From assembly GCA_963169195.1 (NCBI GenBank), contig CAUJDN010000132.1:9382-73381 (forward strand): a stretch of DNA of 64,000 bases, given 5' to 3'. Of this stretch, positions 36,838 to 44,292 are shown in pieces. Positions within the stretch are counted from its first letter, which is position 1. Each line of letters begins with the position of its first letter. Below the pieces are notes generated by a model that worked only from the letters and a program-made list of their open reading frames with translations, searched no databases and was not told where the DNA came from. This stretch comes from Acidobacteriota bacterium (GTDB lineage: Bacteria; Acidobacteriota; Vicinamibacteria; Vicinamibacterales; UBA2999). The position numbers and the translations under genes were made by a program.

Positions 36838-37466
36838 TGCACGACGCGCGCCCCCGCCGGGGCGTGCCCGTCAAACCGGGCGGCGCCGAAGCCATAGGCC
36901 GCGAGCACGAATGGACAGCCTGCGGCGCCGGCCGTCGCCGCGTCGACGGGCGAGTCGCCCACCATCACGGCCGGCCCCCCGACCGCCGCCAGCGCCCGCA
37001 GCGCGGCCGGGTCGGGTTTCCGCGGATGGACGCCGTCGCCGCCAATCACCTCCGAGAAGAACCCGCGAAGGCCGAGCGCCGCCAGCAGGCGCTCCGCAGG
37101 GGCGACGGGCTTGTTCGTGAGCACCGCCAGCGGCCCGGCGTGCACCAGCATCGCCAGCACTTCGGGCATGCCTTCGTAGGCAGCGGTGTGATTCAGCAGA
37201 CGGCGATCGTAGATGGCCAGGAAGCGTTCGAGCGCGCCGGGCGTGGCCGGGTCCAGGCCTGCATGCGCGAGCGCCCGCTGCACGAGCGTGCGGGCGCCCT
37301 CCCCCACCATGCCGACGACGACATCCTCGCGGAGCGGCCCGGCGCCAAGGCCCTGCACGAGCTCGGAAACGGCTTCCGTCAGGTCACGCGCGGAATCGAT
37401 GAGGGTGCCGTCGAGGTCGAAGACGATCATGAGTCGTCGCGGGCCGTCGCCCACAGTATGCTGCAT
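36762..37466 (-). CDS. HAD-superfamily hydrolase (phosphoglycolate phosphatase-like)
   Basis: MIVFDLDGTLIDS (motif I), LTNKP, VGDSPVD. Start is ATG 37466, ATG 37430 or GTG 37475. The 3' end overlaps the convergent dtxR-family gene by 76 nt. Confidence 0.75.
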   Translation of the reverse strand: MQHTVGDGPRRLMIVFDLDGTLIDSARDLTEAVSELVQGLGAGPLREDVVVGMVGEGARTLVQRALAHAGLDPATPGALERFLAIYDRRLLNHTAAYEGMPEVLAMLVHAGPLAVLTNKPVAPAERLLAALGLRGFFSEVIGGDGVHPRKPDPAALRALAAVGGPAVMVGDSPVDAATAGAAGCPFVLAAYGFGAARFDGHAPAGARVVHHPRELASLADTRTFDAARMPIVMR

Positions 37467-37477
37467 GAAGCACACCC

Positions 37478-38191
37478 ATGGCGGATCGATCCGCGCCGCC
37501 GCCCGGCGCCACGCTCGTCCTGTTGTCCGGGGGCCTCGACAGCGCCGTCCTGGTCGCGCACGAAGCGCAGCGAGCCCACGTGCTGCCGGTGTACGTGAGC
37601 GTGGGCCTGGCCTGGGAGCCGCTCGAACTGGCCATGGTCACGCGCCTGCTCGCGCATGCCGCCCTTCACGAGCGCATCGCCCCGCTCGAGCGCGTCGAAT
37701 TCACCATGCGCGACGTGTACGCCCCGTCGCACTGGGCCATACGCGGCACGCCGCCGGCCTACGACACGCCGGACGAGGACGTGTACCTCACGGGCCGGAA
37801 CCTGGTGCTGCTGGCGAAGGCTGGCGTGGTCGCCGCCGCGCGGAGGGCGGCGCGCATCGCGCTCGGTCCACTGGCGGGCAACCCGTTTCCGGACGCGCGC
37901 CCGACGTTCTTCGCGGCAATGGAGGAGGCGCTGTCGCTCGGCCTCGATCACGTGCTCGAGGTCCACGTGCCGTTCCTCCAGATGCACAAGGAGGACGTGA
38001 TTCGCCGGGGCGTGGAGCTGGGTGTTCCGCTGGACTTGACGCTGTCGTGCATGAACCCGGTCGCGCCGACCGAGGCCGGCGGGGTCCCGCTGCACTGCGG
38101 CCGCTGCAGCAAGTGCCGCGAGCGCCGCGACGCCTTCGCAGCGATCGGGCTCGAGGACCCGGCGCCGTTCGCCAGCGCCCCCCCGCGCTAG
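37478..38191 (+). CDS. queC: 7-cyano-7-deazaguanine synthase QueC
   Basis: 237 aa. LLSGGLDSAV PP-loop and C-terminal zinc motif CGRCSKCRERRDAF. Confidence 0.9.
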   Translation: MADRSAPPPGATLVLLSGGLDSAVLVAHEAQRAHVLPVYVSVGLAWEPLELAMVTRLLAHAALHERIAPLERVEFTMRDVYAPSHWAIRGTPPAYDTPDEDVYLTGRNLVLLAKAGVVAAARRAARIALGPLAGNPFPDARPTFFAAMEEALSLGLDHVLEVHVPFLQMHKEDVIRRGVELGVPLDLTLSCMNPVAPTEAGGVPLHCGRCSKCRERRDAFAAIGLEDPAPFASAPPR

Positions 38192-38200
38192 GGCTCGCGC

Positions 38201-39133
38201 CTAGCTCTCGAAGCGAATCGACCCGTCGCCGGTGCGGATCCTCAGGACGGGGCCGCCCTCGCCCATCCGCGTCCGCAGCTCGCGCCGTCGCTCGCGTCGT
38301 CCCTCGTCGTCCCTGTCGAGGCGGAGCGCGGGGTGGGAGGAACGCACCGACCCATCGCTGGTCTCGGCGTCGATCTCGGCGTTGAAGGCCGGCGGGAGGG
38401 TGATCGTGATGCTGCCATCACTGGTGGTCAGGTCCCAGGGCTCGACCATTGCGGCGTCGGGCTCGACCTGCAGCCGGATGGGGCCGTCGCCCGTCCGGGC
38501 ACGAAGGACGGTGGGCTTCGCGGACACGGTGATGCTGCCATCGTTGGTCTCGAGGCTGAGCCGGCCCTCGGCCTGCTCCATCCGAATGGCGCCATCGCCG
38601 GTGCGTATCTCGATCTCCCCCGCCAGGCGGTCCGTCGTGACGCTGCCGTCCCCGGTCCGCAGCACGACGCGTCCCTCGAGGTTCTCCGCGCGAATCGAGC
38701 CGTCCTCGGTGCGCGCCTGCAGCGCCAGCTTCCGCGGCACCGCGACGCGGAGGCGTGCCGCCGGCGAGATGTGCACGCCGACCGTCACGCCGCTGAACTC
38801 CCGCTCCGCCGGCCCCGTCACGCGGACCACGATGCGATCGCCCTGCTGCTCGGCCTCGACCTTCATCTGTTCGATGAGGGCCTGATCCATCGCGCGCTTC
38901 TCGATCGTCACCTCGACCTCGTTGCGGTCCCAGGCGTGGACCTCGATGGAGCCGTCGAACGTCTCGAGGGTGAGGTCGGGCTGACCCGTGACCGCGAAGG
39001 TCTTCGTCTCCGTCGATGTGAGCCCCTCGGTGTTGAGGTTCACCTCGCACGCGGGGAGGGCGACCACGCACCCGGCGACGAGCACGGCGCGTGAGAGTCC
39101 CCGAAGGCTGGCCTGCAGGTGGAGCTGGCTCAT
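38201..39133 (-). CDS. DUF4097-type (putative adhesin beta-solenoid) lipoprotein
   Basis: The last 310 aa of ORF 38201..40450. Lipobox-like LVAGCVVALPAC. Repeated DGSI / TGDGxI(R/T) strands. Confidence 0.65.
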   Translation of the reverse strand: MSQLHLQASLRGLSRAVLVAGCVVALPACEVNLNTEGLTSTETKTFAVTGQPDLTLETFDGSIEVHAWDRNEVEVTIEKRAMDQALIEQMKVEAEQQGDRIVVRVTGPAEREFSGVTVGVHISPAARLRVAVPRKLALQARTEDGSIRAENLEGRVVLRTGDGSVTTDRLAGEIEIRTGDGAIRMEQAEGRLSLETNDGSITVSAKPTVLRARTGDGPIRLQVEPDAAMVEPWDLTTSDGSITITLPPAFNAEIDAETSDGSVRSSHPALRLDRDDEGRRERRRELRTRMGEGGPVLRIRTGDGSIRFES

Positions 39134-39159
39134 GGCCTCAGTAGACGGACGGCCGGCGG

Positions 39160-40353
39160 TCATGGTTCCGGGAGGCGCACGCCGCCGATCCAGGTTTCCC
39201 GCACGCGAAGCGAGGGGTCGAGCACGGCCAGGTCGGCCAGGGCGCCAGCCGCGATGCGGCCCTGGTCGGCCAGCCCCAGGCGCTCGGCCGGCGTGGTGGA
39301 GCAGAGGCGGGCGGCCACCTGCAGCGGCACGCCGGCCTCCTCCACGAGCATGCGGAACGCGCGGTCCATCGTGATGGCACTGCCGGCCAGCGTGCCGTCC
39401 TCGAGCTCCGCCGCTCGTGGGGTCACGACAATCGGCCGGCCTCCCAGCCTGGCGCGCGATCCGACCGGCAGACCCGAGGCCGCGGTGCCGTCGGTGATGG
39501 CCATGAGGCCCCGGGCCGACTTGACCTGGAGCGCAAGGCGCACCGCGCCCGGGTGCACGTGGTAGCCGTCGCAGATCACCTCGGCACCCACCTCCGGGGC
39601 CTCGAGCACGGCGCCGACCACGCCCGGCTCCCGATGCGAGAGCGGCGTCATGCGATTGAACAGATGGGTGGTGTGGGTGACGCCGGCGGCGATCGCGGCG
39701 CGCGCCTCCGCGTAGGTGGCGCCGCTGTGCCCGATGGACACGACGTGCCCGCGCCCGCGGAGATGCCTGACGAGGTCGAGGCCGCCGTCGATCTCGGGGG
39801 CCATCGTCACGATGCCAATCGCCTCCTGTCGGGCAGCCATCGTGCGCAGTACTTCGTCGGCCGTGAACTCGCCCGGGCCGGGCGCCAGGGGCCCGATCCC
39901 ACCGGGCGTGCGGAGGCAGGACGCCGGTTGCGCCCCGTTCCACGCCGGGTTGATGAAGTTGCTCTCGAGATGCGCCGGCAGCACCCGGGCCGCGCGTGCC
40001 GGCGGCGCCGCACGCGCCGCGGCCACGGAGCCAAGGAAGACGTCCAGGTCGGCCGGCGTGCAGGCGACGGAAGTCGGACAGAACGCCGTGACCCCATAGC
40101 GCGGCAGGCGTGAGGCCACCGCCGCCACAGCCAGGGCGCCGTCGAGGACATCGATGCCTTCGACGCCGTGGACGTGCACGTCGATGAACCCCGGCACGAC
40201 GACCCGGCCGGGCATCGGCAGGACACGCGCGCCCGCGGCGGCTCCGACGACCCCGTCGCGGACCTCGACGATGCGATCCTCGTGGATGACGACCGAGCCC
40301 TCGGCGAGGACGCGGTCCGCCAGCACCACGCGGGCGCCCGCCAGGACGATCAT
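39160..40353 (-). CDS. nagA: N-acetylglucosamine-6-phosphate deacetylase
   Basis: Internal ATG (MIVLAGARVV...). PGFIDVHVHG, VSIGHSGATY, THLFN, ITDG. Confidence 0.85.
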   Translation of the reverse strand: MIVLAGARVVLADRVLAEGSVVIHEDRIVEVRDGVVGAAAGARVLPMPGRVVVPGFIDVHVHGVEGIDVLDGALAVAAVASRLPRYGVTAFCPTSVACTPADLDVFLGSVAAARAAPPARAARVLPAHLESNFINPAWNGAQPASCLRTPGGIGPLAPGPGEFTADEVLRTMAARQEAIGIVTMAPEIDGGLDLVRHLRGRGHVVSIGHSGATYAEARAAIAAGVTHTTHLFNRMTPLSHREPGVVGAVLEAPEVGAEVICDGYHVHPGAVRLALQVKSARGLMAITDGTAASGLPVGSRARLGGRPIVVTPRAAELEDGTLAGSAITMDRAFRMLVEEAGVPLQVAARLCSTTPAERLGLADQGRIAAGALADLAVLDPSLRVRETWIGGVRLPEP

Positions 40354-41240
40354 TGCGGCTCGCTGGCGAGTCTCGCGGCCCCGATGGCCGCGGCGTCGTG
40401 GCCAAGCGGCGAGAGGACGATGCGGAGGCGCTCGGCCTGCGCGGGGCCAAGGCGGCGACCGCACTCGAGCCGGATGCCCTCGAGCAGCATGTCGCCGGAC
40501 GTGGCGATCAGGCCGCCAAGGACGATGACCTCGGGATCGAGCGTCGCGGCCAGATTCGAGAGCGCCATCCCGATGTACTTCGCGGTGTCGCGAACGACCG
40601 ACAAGCACACGCCATCGCTGGCGCGCGCTCCCTGGAGCACCTGGTCGATTGTGATGCGGGACAGGTCGCCACCGTTCTGCTGGGCGACCAGGGAACTGTC
40701 GCCCGCCTTGATGCGCCAGACGGTCCGGCGGACGATGCCGGAGGCGGAGACGTCGGCCTCGAGGCCGCCGAACCGGCGATAGTCCTCGCGCTCGACCGGG
40801 TTGAGCGACAGCCAGGCCACCGATCCGGCCAGGCCATGGGCGCCGCACCACGGCTTGCCGTTCAACACGATCCCGGCGGTGACGTGCTCACCCGTGGACA
40901 GCGCCACGACATTGGCAAGCCCCCGCGCCGCACCGCACCACCCCTCGGCGATGACCGCGGCCATGCCCGCGCCGACGACCGCCGGGCTCGGCGTGCCGGG
41001 AAGCAACTCGCGGAAGAGGGCCTCCACCTCGGCCGGCAGCGTCTCGCCGGGGTGCGTCATGGCGACGGCCCCGCGCCCGACGCCTCCGGCGCCCCCGAGG
41101 GCGCGGCGCATCGCGGCGCCGGCCGCCTGGGACACCGGGCCCGAACCGATCGGATGCTCCGCCCTGGCCAGTACCTGGGCGTGCTCGTTGACGACGACGA
41201 CGCGTGCCGCGCCGTTGGAGAGGTCCAGCCCGAGATTCAT
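40350..41240 (-). CDS. ROK-family sugar kinase
   Basis: 296 aa. ATGA overlaps on both sides. ROK-like GxGxGxG segments (STGEHVTAGIVLNGKPWCGAHGLAGS, VIVLGGL). Confidence 0.7.
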   Translation of the reverse strand: MNLGLDLSNGAARVVVVNEHAQVLARAEHPIGSGPVSQAAGAAMRRALGGAGGVGRGAVAMTHPGETLPAEVEALFRELLPGTPSPAVVGAGMAAVIAEGWCGAARGLANVVALSTGEHVTAGIVLNGKPWCGAHGLAGSVAWLSLNPVEREDYRRFGGLEADVSASGIVRRTVWRIKAGDSSLVAQQNGGDLSRITIDQVLQGARASDGVCLSVVRDTAKYIGMALSNLAATLDPEVIVLGGLIATSGDMLLEGIRLECGRRLGPAQAERLRIVLSPLGHDAAAIGAARLASEPQ

Positions 41241-41653
41241 GATGACCAGTCGCTGTGTGCGTGCAGTTTACGCCCCTCGAGAGGCAAGGACACCCCGACG
41301 GCACGAAAGAGCCCCGCGTCCAGCCGCGCGAGCAGGGACTCGGACGCGCGGCTGTTCGGCGAGGCGATCACCAGCACACCGGCGCTCGACGCCGGCGGAA
41401 AGCGCCGATCATCCAGGTAGTCGCGGTCGAGCGTGACGAGGGTCCGCCGCAGCTGCCGCGCCAGCCTGAAATGCTCATCGTCCCGGGCCCGCCGGAGATC
41501 CGGCTGCTCCATCACGAACAGCACGTCCCACCCGAGCGTGTCCCGCATGAACCCGACCAGGCCGGCCGGCACGTTCGCGTCGGCGTAGACGCGCGGCCGG
41601 TTGGCCGCGACGGCATCGGCGACCGGCCCGAGCGAGGACCAGAGCGTGCGCAT
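41237..41653 (-). CDS. DUF5615-like (PIN-like / Mut7-C-related) protein
   Basis: The last 138 aa of ORF 41237..42562: RVYADANVP...GWDVLFV...DDEHFRLARQLRRTLVTLDRDY...GVLVI. Start overlaps the dhs stop by 1 nt. No DUF433-like partner is visible. Confidence 0.5.
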   Translation of the reverse strand: MRTLWSSLGPVADAVAANRPRVYADANVPAGLVGFMRDTLGWDVLFVMEQPDLRRARDDEHFRLARQLRRTLVTLDRDYLDDRRFPPASSAGVLVIASPNSRASESLLARLDAGLFRAVGVSLPLEGRKLHAHSDWSS

Positions 41654-42813
41654 CAGCCCTGGCTGGCCTTCCGCGTCGCCGGCGCCGATCGGCGGGCCGC
41701 GCGGGCCGTCCGCGCCATCGTCTCCCGGACGAGGGCGGCCACCAGCGCGTCGCGCCTGTGCACGAGTCGCTTCCGCGTGCGCCGGCCGTTTTGATGACCG
41801 ACCGCGTACTCCGAGAAGATGGGGAAGGCGATGGTCGAGTCGCAGTACGTCACACAGGTGTCCGGCAGGACGCCAGGGTTCACCTTGCCCCAGCTGACGG
41901 CCTCCGCAGGGGTCGCCCCCGAGAGCCCACCCCAGACAACCTGGTCGGTTGTGATCTGGATGAAGTAGTCGTTGCCGCCCTTGGGGATGTTGTAGACCTC
42001 CCAGAGCGTGGGCTGCCCCTGCAGGTAGAAGTTCTTGGGCGAGCCGCCGCCCAGGATGACGCAGCCGTTCTTCTCGGCCGCCAGGATGATCGCGCAGACC
42101 TCGTTGACGTCCTTGTTCGGATCCACCATGAGGGTGCCGCCGTTCATCAACGCGTGGTAGGCGATGTTCATGCCGATGGAACTGTCCCCGGGCGACGAGG
42201 TGTAGATGGGCACCCCGTGCTTCGCCGCGCTGGCGACCACCGAGTACGCCTCGCAGCCGGGCCGCACCTTCAGCAGGTGCCGGCCGAGCACGTGGTGCAG
42301 GTGGGCCGACGACACCGGTCCCTCCAGACCGCTCTCGACCAGGAACTCGCGAATGAAGCGATCGGTGTCGAGGAGCACCTGGGCCGGGAACAGCACGTCG
42401 TAGATCCGGATCACGCCTTCCTCGTAGAGCACGCGGTCGTCCACGAACGGCGAGCCGCGGCGCAGCGTGAAGTTGAGGGCGTAGTGAAGGTCGTGGTAGA
42501 GGTTGGCGCCGGTGCTGATGACGAAGTCCACCAGCCCACGTTCCATCAGGGCGATGACGCATCCCCCGATGCCGGCCGGCGTCATCGCGCCCGCGATGGT
42601 CAGGGCAATCGTGGTGTCGTGGTCCTTCGCCAGCATCTTGTCGGTGAAGATGCGGCAGGCCTCGCCAAGGCGGGCGGCGTTGAAGGCCTGGAAGCCCTCG
42701 TCCACCAGCGTGCGTATCGCGGGCGAGCCCTTGGGCCGATAGTAGCGGATGGGTTTGCCGGTGAGAAACGACGTCCGGCCCTTCCTCGGAGACCCCGGTG
42801 CGCGGTGCGGCAT
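41653..42813 (-). CDS. deoxyhypusine synthase-like protein
   Basis: 386 aa. GAMTPAG, VDFVISTGANLYHD, LGGGSPKNF, SWGK (catalytic-Lys region). Confidence 0.8.
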   Translation of the reverse strand: MPHRAPGSPRKGRTSFLTGKPIRYYRPKGSPAIRTLVDEGFQAFNAARLGEACRIFTDKMLAKDHDTTIALTIAGAMTPAGIGGCVIALMERGLVDFVISTGANLYHDLHYALNFTLRRGSPFVDDRVLYEEGVIRIYDVLFPAQVLLDTDRFIREFLVESGLEGPVSSAHLHHVLGRHLLKVRPGCEAYSVVASAAKHGVPIYTSSPGDSSIGMNIAYHALMNGGTLMVDPNKDVNEVCAIILAAEKNGCVILGGGSPKNFYLQGQPTLWEVYNIPKGGNDYFIQITTDQVVWGGLSGATPAEAVSWGKVNPGVLPDTCVTYCDSTIAFPIFSEYAVGHQNGRRTRKRLVHRRDALVAALVRETMARTARAARRSAPATRKASQG

Positions 42814-42855
42814 CGCCTTAGGGTAGCATTTGCCTGTGGTCCCGGAACCTGCCTC

Positions 42856-44202
42856 ATGGATGATGTGACGTTTGCGGCGCGGCGGGCGACGTCGGTGTCC
42901 CGCCCCGAGGCGGACATTGAAACCCGGTTCCGCTCGCTGGTGCAGTCACCGCTGCGCGCGGGGATCCTCCGCTTCCTGAGCGCACGGCCCGGCGAGACGT
43001 TCGACATCGAGTCGCTGATGCAGACGTTCGGACGCCTGCGCCTCGACATCGACAACTGCGTCCGCGAGCTCGTCGAGTTCGGCGTCGTCCGGAAGGCGTC
43101 CGGCGACGTGCCGCGCTACACGGCCGCGCGCCCGGACGGCCCGGCCGGCACGCTGCTCGACACGTTCCTCGAGCGGCGCGCGCACGTCGGCGTCGAGGAG
43201 TCGTCGCCCTCGGTGCAGCGCTTCCGCGAGATGATCGGCCGCGACGAGAAGATGCTGGCCATCTTCGAGTGGATCAGGACGGCGGCCAAGTCCGACATCT
43301 CCGTGCTCATCCTCGGCCCCACCGGGGCGGGCAAGGAAGTCGTCGCCCGGATGATCCACGAGCTGTCGCGGCGCGGCCAGGAGAAGTTCCAGGCCGTCAA
43401 CTGCGCGGCGCTGCCCGACACGCTCTTCGAGTCGGAGATCTTCGGCTACGAGAAGGGGGCGTTCACCGGCGCGCACGACCGCAAGCCCGGCCGCCTCGAG
43501 ATGGCCAACGGGGGCACGCTGTTCCTGGACGAGGTCGGCGACCTGTCCCTCGTGGCCCAGGCCAAGCTGCTGCGCGTCCTCGAGGAGCGCCGGTTCGAGC
43601 GGCTCGGCGGCAACCGGTCCATCTCGGTGGACTTCCGGCTGATCTCCGCCACGAACCGCCCACTCGATTCATTCGTGCGCGACAGCCGGTTCCGCGAGGA
43701 TCTCTACTACCGCATCAACGCCTTCGCCATCCGGCTGCCGTCCCTGAAGGAACGCGCCATCGACATCCCCGTCCTGGCCAACCGCTTCCTCGCGCGCTAC
43801 TGCGCCGCCAATGGCCTGCCGCTCGACGCCAGGCAGCTGTCGCCGGAGGCGGCCGAGCAGCTGGTGAGCTACCACTGGCCCGGCAACATCCGCGAGCTGG
43901 AAAGCACGGTGTCGCGCGCGGCCCTCTCGGCGCCCGGCCGGCTGATTCGCCCATCGGACATCGAGTTCCTGCACGCCCAGGCGCCCGCGCCCCCCGAGGC
44001 CACGGGCGGCACGCGCCTCCCGACCCTGCGGGATGCCGAGCGCGCCCACATCAGCCGCGTACTCGAATCGGCCCACTGGAACAAGGTGGAGGCCGCCCGC
44101 ATCCTGGACATCAGCCGGGGCACCCTGTACCGCAAGATCGATGAGTTCGGCCTCGAGCCGTCGACACCGGTCGACCCTCGTCGCAAGGGCGGCCGGAGAT
44201 AG
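42856..44202 (+). CDS. sigma-54-dependent transcriptional activator (AAA+ EBP) with a winged-helix-like N-terminal domain and C-terminal Fis-type HTH
   Basis: Internal ATG (MDDVTFAARR...). GPTGAGKE Walker A, GAFTGA loop (EKGAFTGA), GTLFLDEV, WPGNIRELE, RGTLYRKI. No receiver-domain signature is seen. Confidence 0.85.
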   Translation: MDDVTFAARRATSVSRPEADIETRFRSLVQSPLRAGILRFLSARPGETFDIESLMQTFGRLRLDIDNCVRELVEFGVVRKASGDVPRYTAARPDGPAGTLLDTFLERRAHVGVEESSPSVQRFREMIGRDEKMLAIFEWIRTAAKSDISVLILGPTGAGKEVVARMIHELSRRGQEKFQAVNCAALPDTLFESEIFGYEKGAFTGAHDRKPGRLEMANGGTLFLDEVGDLSLVAQAKLLRVLEERRFERLGGNRSISVDFRLISATNRPLDSFVRDSRFREDLYYRINAFAIRLPSLKERAIDIPVLANRFLARYCAANGLPLDARQLSPEAAEQLVSYHWPGNIRELESTVSRAALSAPGRLIRPSDIEFLHAQAPAPPEATGGTRLPTLRDAERAHISRVLESAHWNKVEAARILDISRGTLYRKIDEFGLEPSTPVDPRRKGGRR

Positions 44203-44250
44203 GGACGACATAAAGTCGTATATTGTCTTATGTGAGTCATTTGATGACTC

Positions 44251-44280
44251 TTGACATATGACTTTAGCGTAATGTATTAT
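44251..44280 (+). promoter_or_regulatory. strong sigma-70-like promoter
   Basis: TTGACA (44251-44256), N18, TATTAT (44275-44280). Preceded by the perfect inverted repeat GAGTCAT-TTG-ATGACTC (44234-44250). Confidence 0.55.
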
Positions 44281-44292
44281 CCCGGACACGAC

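Noticed and set aside
38201-40851. Long N-terminal extensions of the DUF4097 (749-aa ORF) and nagA (563-aa ORF) frames
   Set aside because: The extensions overlap neighbouring real genes in other frames. Family similarity begins at the internal ATGs, which are also where RBSs or coupling overlaps occur.
42814-42855. Sigma-54 promoter in the dhs / activator spacer (GGTAGCATTTGC)
   Set aside because: GG and GC are separated by 8 nt rather than the 10 nt of the TGGCAC-N5-TTGC consensus. No other -24/-12 match was seen near the activator or the HD-GYP gene.
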